Below, one piece after another: positions 42,488 to 55,460 of a stretch of 64,000 nt of DNA (position 1 is the first letter of the stretch; every line of letters starts with the position of its first letter). A program made the position numbers and the translations under genes. The DNA comes from Eledone cirrhosa (Eukaryota), in assembly GCA_964016885.1 (NCBI GenBank), contig OZ024741.1:264058001-264122000 (forward strand). Direction: 5' to 3'. The notes beneath the pieces are model-generated. The model did not search any database, had not been told where the DNA came from, and saw only the letters and a list, made by a program, of their open reading frames with translations.

Positions 42488-43779
42488 GACCACCATGGTA
42501 TATGAGTACTGAGGTGGTATTTTACAGACACAGATCTCCTTTTAACTCTCCAGCTATTGACCATCTGGGACCACCATGGTATATGAGTACTGAGCTTGTA
42601 TTTTACAGACACAGATCTCCTTTTAACTCTACCGCCATTAACCATCTGGGACAACCGTGGTGTATGAGTACTGAGCTGGTATTTTACAGACACAGATCTC
42701 CTTTTACCTCTCCAGCCATTGACCATCTGGGACTACCATGGTGTACGAGTTCTGAGCTGGTATTTTACAGACACAGATCTCCTTTTAACTCTCCAGCCAT
42801 TAACCAACTGGGACCTCCATGGTGTATGTGTACTTTGCTGGTATTTTACAGACACAGATCTCCTTATAACTCTCCAGCTATTGACCAACTGGGACCCCCA
42901 TGGTATATGAGTTCTGAGCTGGTATTTTACAGACACAGATCTTCTTTTAATTCTCCAGCCATTGACCAACTGGGACCACCATGGTGTATGAGTACTGAGC
43001 TGGTATTTTACAGACACAGTTCTCCTTTTAACTCTCCAGCTATTGACCAACTGGGACCTCCATGGTATATGAGTTCTGAGCTGGTACTTTACAGACACAG
43101 ATCTCCTTTTAACTCTCCAGCCATTGGCCAACTGGGACCACCATGGTATATGAGTTCTGAGCTGGTATTTGACAGACACAGATCTCCTTTTAACTTTCCA
43201 GCCATTGCCCAACTGGGACCACAATGGTGTACGAGTAATGAGGTGGTATTTTACAGACACATATCTTCTTTTTACACTCCAGCCATTGACCAACAGGGAC
43301 CTCCATGGTATATGAGTTCTGAGCTGGTATTTTGCAGACACAGATCTCCTTTTAACTCTCCAGCTATTGACCAACTGGGACCACCATGGTATATGATTTC
43401 TGAGCTGGTATTTTACAGACACAGATCTTTTAACTCTCCAGCCATTGAGCAATTGGGACCACCATGATGTAAGAGTACTGAGCTGGTATTTTACAGACAC
43501 AGATCTCCCTTTAACTCTCCAGCCATTGACCAACTGGGACCACCATGGTGTATGAGTACTGAACTGGTATTTTACAGACAGAGATCTCCTTTTAACTCTC
43601 CAGCTATTGACCAACTGGGACCTCCATTGTATATGAGTTCTAAGCTGGTATTTTACGGAAACAGATCTCCTGTTAACTCTTCAGCCATTGATTAACTGGG
43701 ACCACCATGGTGTATGAGTACTGAGCTTGTATTTTACAGACACAGATCTCCTTTTAACTCTCCAGCTATTGACCATCTG

Positions 43780-46700
43780 GGACCACCATGGTATATGAGT
43801 ACTGAGCTGGTATTTTACAGACACAGATCTCCTTTTACCTCTCCAGCCATTGACCATCTGGGACTACCATGGTCTACGAGTTCTGAGCTGGTATTTTACA
43901 GACACAGATCTCCTTTTAACTCTCCAGCCATTGACCAAATGTCACCTCCATGGTATATGAGTTCTGAGCTGGTATTTTACAGACACATATCTTCTTTTTA
44001 CACTCCAGCCATTGACCAACTGGGACCTCCATGGTATATGAGTTCTGAGCTGGTATTTTGCAGACACAGATCTCCTTTTAACTCTCCAGCTATTGACCAA
44101 CTGGGACCAACATGGTGTATGAGTACTTTGCTGGTATTTTACAGACACAGATCTCCTTTTAACTCTCCAGCTATTGACCAACTGGGTCCTCCATGGTGTA
44201 TGAGTACTTTGTTGGTATTTTACAGACACAGATCTCCTTTTAACTCTCCAGCCATTGACCAACTGGGACCACCATGATGTATGAGTACTGAGCTGGTATT
44301 ATACAGACTCAGATCTCCTTTTAACTTTCCAGCTATTGATCACCCAACTGGGAACTCCATGGTATACGAGTTCTGAGCTGGTGTTTTACAGACACAGATA
44401 TACTTTTAACTCTCCAGCCATTGACCAACTGGGACCACGATGGTATAAGAATTCTGAGCTGGTATTTTACAGACACAGATCTCCTTTTACCTCTCCAGCC
44501 ATTGACCAACTGGGACCTCCATGGTGCATGAGTTCTTAGCTGGTATTTTACAGACACAGATATCCTTTTAACTCTCCAGCCATTGACCAACTGGGACCAC
44601 CATGGTGTATGAGTACTGAGGTGGTATTTTACAAACACAGATCTCATTTTATCTCTCCAGCCATTGACCAACAGGGACCACCATTGTGTATGAGTACTGA
44701 GCTGGTATTTTACAGACAGAGATCTTATTTTATCTCTCCAGCCATTGACCAACAGGGACCTCCATGGTATATGAGTTCTGAGCTGGTATTTTACAGACAC
44801 AGATCTCCTTTTAACTCTCCTGCCATTGACCAGCTGGAACCTCCATTGTATATAAGTTCTGATCTGGTATTTTACAGACACAGATCTCCTTTTAACTCTC
44901 CAGCTATAGACCAACTGGGACCACCATGATGTATGAGTACTGAGGTGCTATTTTACAGACACAGATCTCCTTTTAACTCTCCAGCCATTGGCCAACTGGG
45001 ACCACCATTGTATATGAGTTCTGAGCTGGTATTTTACAGACACAGATCTCCTTTTAACTCTCCAGCCATTGACCAACTGGGACCACAATGTTATATAAGT
45101 TCTGGGCTGGTATTTTACAGACACAGATCTCCTTTTAACTCTCCAGCCATTAACCAACTGGGACCTCCATGGTGTATGAGTACTTTGCTGGTATTTTACA
45201 GACACAGATCTCCTTTTAACTCTCCAGCTATTGACCAACTTGGACCTCCATGGTATATGAGTTCTGAGCTGGTATTTTACAGACACAGATCTTCTTTTAA
45301 TTCTCCAGCCATTGACCAACTGGGACCACCATGGTGTATGAGTACTGAGCTGGTATTTTACAGACACTGTTCTCCTTTTAACTCTCCAGCTATTGACCAA
45401 CTGGGACCTCCATGGTATATGAGTTCTGAGCTGGTATTTTACAGACACAGATCTCCTTTTAACTCTCCAGCTATTGGCCAACTGGGACCACCATGGTATA
45501 TGAGTTCTGAGCTGGTATTTTACAGACACAGATCTCCTTTTAACTCTCCAGCCATTGACCAACTGGGACCACAATGGTGTACGAGTAATGAGGTGGTATT
45601 TTACAGACACATATCTTCTTTTTACACTCCAGCCATTGACCAACTGGGACCTCCATGGTATATGAGTTCTGAGCTGGTATTTTGCAGACACAGATCTCCT
45701 TTTAACTCTCCAGCTATTGACCAACTGGGACCACCATGGTGTATGAGTACTTTGCTGGTACTTTACAAACACAGATCTCCTTTTAACTCTCCAGCTATTG
45801 ACCAACTGGGACCTCCATGGTGTATGAGTACTTTGCTGGTATTTTACAGACACAGATCTCCTTTTAACTCTCCAGCCATTGACCAACTGGGACCACCATG
45901 ATGTATCAGTACTGAGCTGGTATTTTACAGACTCAGAGCTCCTTTTAACTCTCCAGCTATTGACCAACTGGGACCACCATGTTATATAAGTTCTGAGCTG
46001 GTATTTTACAGACACAGATCTCCTTTTAACTCTCCAGCTATTGACCAACTGGGACCACCATGGTGTATGAGTACTGAGGTGGTATTTTCGAGGCACATAT
46101 CTCCTTTTAACTCTCCAGCCATTGACCAACTGGGACCACCATGATGTCTGAGTACTGAGCTGGTATTTTACAGACTCAGATCTCCTTTTAACTTTCCAGC
46201 TATTGATCACCCAACTGGGAACTCCATGGTATATGAGTTCTGAGCTGGTATTTTACAGACACAGATATACTTTTACCTCTCCAGCCATTGACCATCAGGG
46301 ACTACCATGGTGTACGAGTTCTGAGCTGGTATTTTACAGACACAGATCTCCTTTTAACTCTCCAGCCATTGACCAAATGTCACCTCCATGGTATATGAGT
46401 TCTGAGCTGGTATTTTACAGACACATATCTTCTTTTTACACTCCAGCCATTGACCAACTGGGACCTCCATGGTGTATGAGTACTTTGCTGGTATTTTACA
46501 GACACAGATCTCCTTTTAACTCTACATCCATTGACCATCTGGGACTACCATGGTGTACGAGTTCTGAGCTGGTATTTTACAGACACAGATCTCCTTTTAA
46601 CTCTCCAGCCATTGACCAAATGTCACCTCCATGGTATATGAGTTCTTAGCTGGTATTTTACAGACACATATCTTCTTTTTACACTCCAGCCATTGACCAA

Positions 46701-49700
46701 TTGGGACCACCATGGTATATGAGTTCTGAGCTGGTATTTTGCAGACACAGATCTCCTTTTAACTCTCCAGCTATTGACCAACTGGGACCACCATGGTATA
46801 TGAGTACTGAGCTGGTATTTTACAGACACAGATCTCCTTTTACCTCTCCAGCCATTGACCATCTGGGACTACCATGGTCTACGAGTTCTGATCTGGTATT
46901 TTACAGACACAGATCTCCTTTTAACTCTCCAGCCATTGATCAAATGTCACCTCCATGGTATATGAGTTCTGAGCTGGTATTTTACAGACACATATCTTCT
47001 TTTTACACTCCAGCCATTGACCAACTGGGACCTCCATGGTATATGAGTTCTGAGCTGGTATTTTGCAGACACAGATCTCCTTTTAACTCTCCAGCTATTG
47101 ACCAACTGGGACCACCATGGTGTATGAGTACTTTGCTGGTATTTTACAGACACAGATCTCCTTTTAACTCTCCAGCTATTGACCAACTGGGTCCTCCATG
47201 GTGTATGAGTACTTTGCTGGTATTTTACAGACACAGATCTCCTTTTAACTCTCCAGCCATTGACCAACTGGGACCACCATGATGTATGAGTACTGAGCTG
47301 GTATTATACAGACTCAGATCTCCTTTTAACTTTCCAGCTATTGATCACCCAACTGGGAACTCCATGGTATACGAGTTCTGAGCTGGTGTTTTACAGACAC
47401 AGATATACTTTTAACTCTCCAGCCATTGACCAACTGGGACCACGATGGTATAAGAATTCTGAGCTGGTATTTTACAGACACAGATCTCCTTTTACCTCTC
47501 CAGCCATTGACCAACTGGGACCTCCATGGTGCATGAGTTCTTAGCTGGTATTTTACAGACACAGATATCCTTTTAACTCTCCAGCCATTGACCAACTGGG
47601 ACCACCATGGTGTATGAGTACTGAGGTGGTATTTTACAAACACAGATCTCATTTTATCTCTCCAGCCATTGACCAACAGGGACCACCATTGTGTATGAGT
47701 ACTGAGCTGGTATTTTACAGACAGAGATCTTATTTTATCTCTCCAGCCATTGACCAACAGGGACCTCCATGGTATATGAGTTCTGAGCTGGTATTTTACA
47801 GACACAGATCTCCTTTTAACTCTCCTGCCATTGACCAGCTGGAACCTCCATTGTATATAAGTTCTGATCTGGTATTTTACAGACACAGATCTCCTTTTAA
47901 CTCTCCAGCTATAGACCAACTGGGACCACCATGATGTATGAGTACTGAGGTGCTATTTTACAGACACAGATCTCCTTTTAACTCTCCAGCCATTGGCCAA
48001 CTGGGACCACCATTGTATATGAGTTCTGAGCTGGTATTTTACAGACACAGATCTCCTTTTAACTCTCCAGCCATTGACCAACTGGGACCACAATGTTATA
48101 TAAGTTCTGGGCTGGTATTTTACAGACACAGATCTCCTTTTAACTCTCCAGCCATTAACCAACTGGGACCTCCATGGTGTATGAGTACTTTGCTGGTATT
48201 TTACAGACACAGATCTCCTTTTAACTCTCCAGCTATTGACCAACTTGGACCTCCATGGTATATGAGTTCTGAGCTGGTATTTTACAGACACAGATCTTCT
48301 TTTAATTCTCCAGCCATTGACCAACTGGGACCACCATGGTGTATGAGTACTGAGCTGGTATTTTACAGACACTGTTCTCCTTTTAACTCTCCAGCTATTG
48401 ACCAACTGGGACCTCCATGGTATATGAGTTCTGAGCTGGTATTTTACAGACACAGATCTCCTTTTAACTCTCCAGCTATTGGCCAACTGGGACCACCATG
48501 GTATATGAGTTCTGAGCTGGTATTTTACAGACACAGATCTCCTTTTAACTCTCCAGCCATTGACCAACTGGGACCACAATGGTGTACGAGTAATGAGGTG
48601 GTATTTTACAGACACATATCTTCTTTTTACACTCCAGCCATTGACCAACTGGGACCTCCATGGTATATGAGTTCTGAGCTGGTATTTTGCAGACACAGAT
48701 CTCCTTTTAACTCTCCAGCTATTGACCAACTGGGACCACCATGGTGTATGAGTACTTTGCTGGTACTTTACAAACACAGATCTCCTTTTAACTCTCCAGC
48801 TATTGACCAACTGGGACCTCCATGGTGTATGAGTACTTTGCTGGTATTTTACAGACACAGATCTCCTTTTAACTCTCCAGCCATTGACCAACTGGGACCA
48901 CCATGATGTATCAGTACTGAGCTGGTATTTTACAGACTCAGAGCTCCTTTTAACTCTCCAGCTATTGACCAACTGGGACCACCATGTTATATAAGTTCTG
49001 AGCTGGTATTTTACAGACACAGATCTCCTTTTAACTCTCCAGCTATTGACCAACTGGGACCACCATGGTGTATGAGTACTGAGGTGGTATTTTCGAGGCA
49101 CATATCTCCTTTTAACTCTCCAGCCATTGACCAACTGGGACCACCATGATGTCTGAGTACTGAGCTGGTATTTTACAGACTCAGATCTCCTTTTAACTTT
49201 CCAGCTATTGATCACCCAACTGGGAACTCCATGGTATATGAGTTCTGAGCTGGTATTTTACAGACACAGATATACTTTTACCTCTCCAGCCATTGACCAT
49301 CAGGGACTACCATGGTGTACGAGTTCTGAGCTGGTATTTTACAGACACAGATCTCCTTTTAACTCTCCAGCCATTGACCAAATGTCACCTCCATGGTATA
49401 TGAGTTCTGAGCTGGTATTTTACAGACACATATCTTCTTTTTACACTCCAGCCATTGACCAACTGGGACCTCCATGGTGTATGAGTACTTTGCTGGTATT
49501 TTACAGACACAGATCTCCTTTTAACTCTACATCCATTGACCATCTGGGACTACCATGGTGTACGAGTTCTGAGCTGGTATTTTACAGACACAGATCTCCT
49601 TTTAACTCTCCAGCCATTGACCAAATGTCACCTCCATGGTATATGAGTTCTTAGCTGGTATTTTACAGACACATATCTTCTTTTTACACTCCAGCCATTG

Positions 49701-51405
49701 ACCAATTGGGACCACCATGGTATATGAGTTCTGAGCTGGTATTTTGCAGACACAGATCTCCTTTTAACTCTCCAGCTATTGACCAACTGGGACCACCATG
49801 GTATATGAGTACTGAGCTGGTATTTTACAGACACAGATCTCCTTTTACCTCTCCAGCCATTGACCATCTGGGACTACCATGGTCTACGAGTTCTGATCTG
49901 GTATTTTACAGACACAGATCTCCTTTTAACTCTCCAGCCATTGATCAAATGTCACCTCCATGGTATATGAGTTCTGAGCTGGTATTTTACAGACACATAT
50001 CTTCTTTTTACACTCCAGCCATTGACCAACTGGGACCTCCATGGTATATGAGTTCTGAGCTGGTATTTTGCAGACACAGATCTCCTTTTAACTCTCCAGC
50101 TATTGACCAACTGGGACCACCATGGTGTATGAGTACTTTGCTGGTATTTTACAGACACAGATCTCCTTTTAACTCTCCAGCTATTGACCAACTGGGTCCT
50201 CCATGGTGTATGAGTACTTTGCTGGTATTTTACAGACACAGATCTCCTTTTAACTCTCCAGCCATTGACCAACTGGGACCACCATGATGTATGAGTACTG
50301 AGCTGGTATTATACAGACTCAGATCTCCTTTTAACTTTCCAGCTATTGATCACCCAACTGGGAACTCCATGGTATACGAGTTCTGAGCTGGTGTTTTACA
50401 GACACAGATATACTTTTAACTCTCCAGCCATTGACCAACTGGGACCACGATGGTATAAGAATTCTGAGCTGGTATTTTACAGACACAGATCTCCTTTTAC
50501 CTCTCCAGCCATTGACCAACTGGGACCTCCATGGTGCATGAGTTCTTAGCTGGTATTTTACAGACACAGATATCCTTTTAACTCTCCAGCCATTGACCAA
50601 CTGGGACCACCATGGTGTATGAGTACTGAGGTGGTATTTTACAAACACAGATCTCATTTTATCTCTCCAGCCATTGACCAACAGGGACCACCATTGTGTA
50701 TGAGTACTGAGCTGGTATTTTACAGACAGAGATCTTATTTTATCTCTCCAGCCATTGACCAACAGGGACCTCCATGGTATATGAGTTCTGAGCTGGTATT
50801 TTACAGACACAGATCTCCTTTTAACTCTCCTGCCATTGACCAGCTGGAACCTCCATTGTATATAAGTTCTGATCTGGTATTTTACAGACACAGATCTCCT
50901 TTTAACTCTCCAGCCATTGACCAACTGGGACCACCATGGTGTATGAGTACTGAGGTGCTATTTTACAGACACAGATCTCCTTTTAACTCTCCAGCCATTG
51001 GCCAACTGGGACCACCATTGTATATGAGTTCTGAGCTGGTATTTTACAGACACAGATCTCCTTTTAACTCTCCAGCCATTGACCAACTGGGACCACAATG
51101 TTATATAAGTTCTGGGCTGGTATTTTACAGACACAGATCTCCTTTTAACTCTCCAGCCATTAACCAACTGGGACCTCCATGGTGTATGAGTACTTTGCTG
51201 GTATTTTACAGACACAGATCTCCTTTTAACTCTCCAGCTATTGACCAACTGGGACCTCCATGGTATATGAGTTCTGAGCTGGTATTTTACAGACACAGAT
51301 CTTCTTTTAATTCTCCAGCCATTGACCAACTGGGACCACCATGGTGTATGAGTACTGAGCTGGTATTTTACAGACACTGTTCTCCTTTTAACTCTCCAGC
51401 TATTG
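43780..51405. repeat. 37-monomer HOR, 3005 bp, ~2.5 near-identical tandem copies
   Basis: ORFs 44333/47338/50343, 44933/47938 and 46203/49208 are offset by 3005=37x81+8. Each unit has two 4-bp insertions (TTGAtcacCCAACT). Confidence 0.96.
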
Positions 51406-54400
51406 ATCACCCAACTGGGAACTCCATGGTATATGAGTTCTGAGCTGGTATTTTACAGACACAGATATGCTTTTAACTCTCCAGCCATTGACCAACTGGG
51501 ACCACGATGGTAAAAGAATTCTGAGCTGGTATTTTACAGACACAGATCTACTTTTACCTCTCCAGCCATTGACCAACTGGGACCTCCATGGTGTATGAGT
51601 TCTTAGCTGGTATTTTACAGACTCAGAGCTCCTTTTAACTCTCCAGCTATTGACCAACTGGGACCACCATGGTATAAAAGTTCTGAGCTGGTATTTTACA
51701 GACACAGATCTCCTTTTAACTCTCCAGCTATTGACCAACTGGGACCACCATGGTGTATGAGTACTTTGCTGGTATTTTACTGACACAAATCTCCTTTTAA
51801 CTCTCCAGCTATTGACCAACTGGGACCTCCATGGTGTATGAGTTCTGAGCTGGTATTTTACAGACACAGATCTCCTTTTAACTCTCCAGCCATTGACCAA
51901 CTGGGACCACCATGATGCATGAGTACTGAGCTGGTATTTTACAGACTCAGAGCTTCTTTTAACTCTCCAGCTATTGACCAACTGGGACCACCATGGTATA
52001 TAATTTCTGAGCTGGTATTTTACAGACACAGATCTCCTTTTAACTCTCCAGCCATTGACCAACTGAGACCACCATGGTGTATGAGTACTGAGGTAGTATT
52101 TTAGAGGCACATATCTCCTTTTAACCCTCCAGCCATTGACCAACTGGGACCACCATGATGTATGAGTACTGAGCTGGTTTTTTACAGACTCAGATCTCCT
52201 TTTAACTTTCCAGCTATTGATCACCCAACTGGGAACTCCATGTTATATGCGTTCTGAGCTGGTATTTTACAGACACAGATATGCTTTTAACTCTCCAGCC
52301 ATTGACCAACTGGGACCAAGATGGTATAAGAATTCTGAGCTGGTATTTTACAGACACAGATCTCCTTTTACCTCTCCAGCCATTGACCAACTGGGACCTC
52401 CATGGTGTATGAGTACTGAGCTGGTATTTTACAGACTCAGAGCTCCTTTTAACTCTCCAGTTATTGACCAACTGGGACCTGCGTGGTATATGAGTTCTGA
52501 GCTGGTATTTTACAGACACAGATCTCCTTTTAACTCTTCAGCCATTGACCAACTGGGACCACCATGGTATATGAGTTCTGAGCTGGTATCTTACAGACAC
52601 GGATCTCCTTTTAACTCTCCAGCCATTGACCAACAGGGACCACCATGGTGCATGAGTACTGAGGTGCTATTTTACAGACACAGATCTCCTTTTAACTCTC
52701 CAGCTATTGACCAGCTTGGACCTCCATGGTATATGATTTTGAGCTGGTATTTTACAGACACAGATCTTTTAACTCTCCAGCCATTGAGCAATTGGGACCA
52801 CCATGATGTAAGAGTACTGAGCTGGTATTTTACAGACACAGATCTCCCTTTAACTCTCCAGCCATTGACCAACTGGGACCACCAGGGTGTATGAGTACTG
52901 AGCTGGTATTTTACAGACACAGATCCCCTTTTAACTCTCCAGCCATTGGCCAACTGGGACCACCATGGTATATGAGTTCTGAGCTGGTATTTTACAGACA
53001 CAGATCTTCTTTTAATTCTCCAGCCATTGACCAACTGGGACCACCATGATGTATGAGTACTGAGCTCGTATTTTACAGACACAGAGCTCCTTTTAACTCT
53101 CCAGCTATTGACCAACTGGGACCACCATGGTATATAAGTTCTGAGCTGGTATTTTACAGACACAGATCTCCTTTCAACTCTCCAGCCATTGACCAACTGT
53201 GACCACCATGATGTATGAATACTGAGCTGGTATTTTACAGTCTCAGAGCTTTTTTTAACTCTCCAGCTATTGACCAACTGGGACCACAATGGTATATAAG
53301 TTCTGAGCTGGTATTTTACAGACACAGATCTCCTTTTAACTCTCCAGCCATTGACCAACTGGGACCACCATGATGTATGAGTACTGAGCTGGTATTTACA
53401 GACTCAGATCTCCTTTTAACTTTCCAGCTATTGATCACCCAACTGGGAACTCCATGGTATATGAGTTCTGAGCTGGTATTTTACAGACACAGATATGCTT
53501 TTAACTCTCCAGCCATTGACCAACTGGGACCACGATGGTAAAAGAATTCTGAGCTGGTATTTTACAGACACAGATCTACTTTTACCTCTCCAGCCATTGA
53601 CCAACTGGGACCTCCATGGTGTATGAGTTCTTAGCTGGTATTTTACAGACTCAGAGCTCCTTTTAACTCTCCAGCTATTGACCAACTGGGACCACCATGG
53701 TATATAAGTTCTGAGCTGGTATTTTACAGACACAGATCTCCTTTTAACTCTCCAGCTATTGACCAACTGGGACCACCATGGTGTATGAGTACTTTGCTGG
53801 TATTTTACTGACACAAATCTCCTTTTAACTCTCCAGCTATTGACCAACTGGGACCTCCATGGTGTATGAGTTCTGAGCTGGTATTTTACAGACACAGATC
53901 TCCTTTTAACTCTCCAGCCATTGACCAACTGGGACCACCATGATGCATGAGTACTGAGCTGGTATTTTACAGACTCAGAGCTTCTTTTAACTCTCCAGCT
54001 ATTGACCAACTGGGACCACCATGGTATATAATTTCTGAGCTGGTATTTTACAGACACAGATCTCCTTTTAACTCTCCAGCCATTGACCAACTGGGACCAC
54101 CATGGTGTATGAGTACTGAGGTAGTATTTTAGAGGCACATATCTCCTTTTAACCCTCCAGCCATTGACCAACTGGGACCACCATGATGTATGAGTACTGA
54201 GCTGGTTTTTTACAGACTCAGATCTCCTTTTAACTTTCCAGCTATTGATCACCCAACTGGGAACTCCATGTTATATGCGTTCTGAGCTGGTATTTTACAG
54301 ACACAGATATGCTTTTAACTCTCCAGCCATTGACCAACTGGGACCAAGATGGTATAAGAATTCTGAGCTGGTATTTTACAGACACAGATCTCCTTTTACC

Positions 54401-55460
54401 TCTCCAGCCATTGACCAACTGGGACCTCCATGGTGTATGAGTTCTTAGCTGGTATTTTACAGACACAGATATCCTTTTAACTCTCCAGCCATTGACCAAC
54501 TGGGACCACCATGATGTATGAGTACTGAGCTGGTATTTTACAGACTCAGAGCTCCTTTTAACTCTCCAGTTATTGACCAACTGGGACCTGCGTGGTATAT
54601 GAGTTCTGAGCTGGTATTTTACAGACACAGATCTCCTTTTAACTCTTCAGCCATTGACCAACTGGGACCACCATGGTATATGAGTTCTGAGCTGGTATCT
54701 TACAGACACGGATCTCCTTTTAACTCTCCAGCCATTGACCAACAGGGACCACCATGGTGTATGAGTACTGAGGTGCTATTTTACAGACACAGATCTCCTT
54801 TTAACTCTCCAGCTATTGACCAGCTTGGACCTCCATGGTATATGATTTTGAGCTGGTATTTTACAGACACAGATCTTTTAACTCTCCAGCCATTGAGCAA
54901 TTGGGACCACCATGATGTAAGAGTACTGAGCTGGTATTTTACAGACACAGATCTCCCTTTAACTCTCCAGCCATTGACCAACTGGGACCACCAGGGTGTA
55001 TGAGTACTGAGCTGGTATTTTACAGACACAGATCCCCTTTTAACTCTCCAGCCATTGGCCAACTGGGACCACCATGGTATATGAGTTCTGAGCTGGTATT
55101 TTACAGACACAGATCTTCTTTTAATTCTCCAGCCATTGACCAACTGGGACCACCATGATGTATGAGTACTGAGCTCGTATTTTACAGACACAGAGCTCCT
55201 TTTAACTCTCCAGCTATTGACCAACTGGGACCACCATGGTATATAAGTTCTGAGCTGGTATTTTACAGACACAGATCTCCTTTCAACTCTCCAGCCATTG
55301 ACCAACTGTGACCACCATGATGTATGAATACTGAGCTGGTATTTTACAGTCTCAGAGCTTTTTTTAACTCTCCAGCTATTGACCAACTGGGACCACAATG
55401 GTATATAAGTTCTGAGCTGGTATTTTACAGACACAGATCTCCTTTTAACTTTCCAGCTAT
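51400..55460. repeat. 25-monomer HOR, ~2028 bp, two tandem copies
   Basis: ORFs 51400/53428, 51919/53947 and 52217/54245 are offset by 2028=25x81+8-3-1-1, and all these indels are visible. The second copy has one extra monomer near 54430-54510 (later offset 2109). Confidence 0.9.

Noticed and set aside
42421-43467. Long + strand ORFs of repeated MSTELVFYRHRSPFNSPAIDQLGPPWC (up to 348 aa) as protein-coding genes
   Set aside because: They result from an 81-bp (27-codon) monomer with a stop-free frame. Starts and ends are set by scattered stop and indel alleles, frameshifts are copied in HORs, and there is no unique N- or C-terminus or recognisable domain.
44948-46210. Long - strand Arg/Trp-rich ORFs (VNGWRVKRRSVSVKYQLSTHTPWWSQL, up to 420 aa)
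   Set aside because: This is the exact codon-register antisense of the + frame. Common polymorphisms are all non-synonymous here, and the ORF is duplicated verbatim with the HOR (47953-49215). No gene context.
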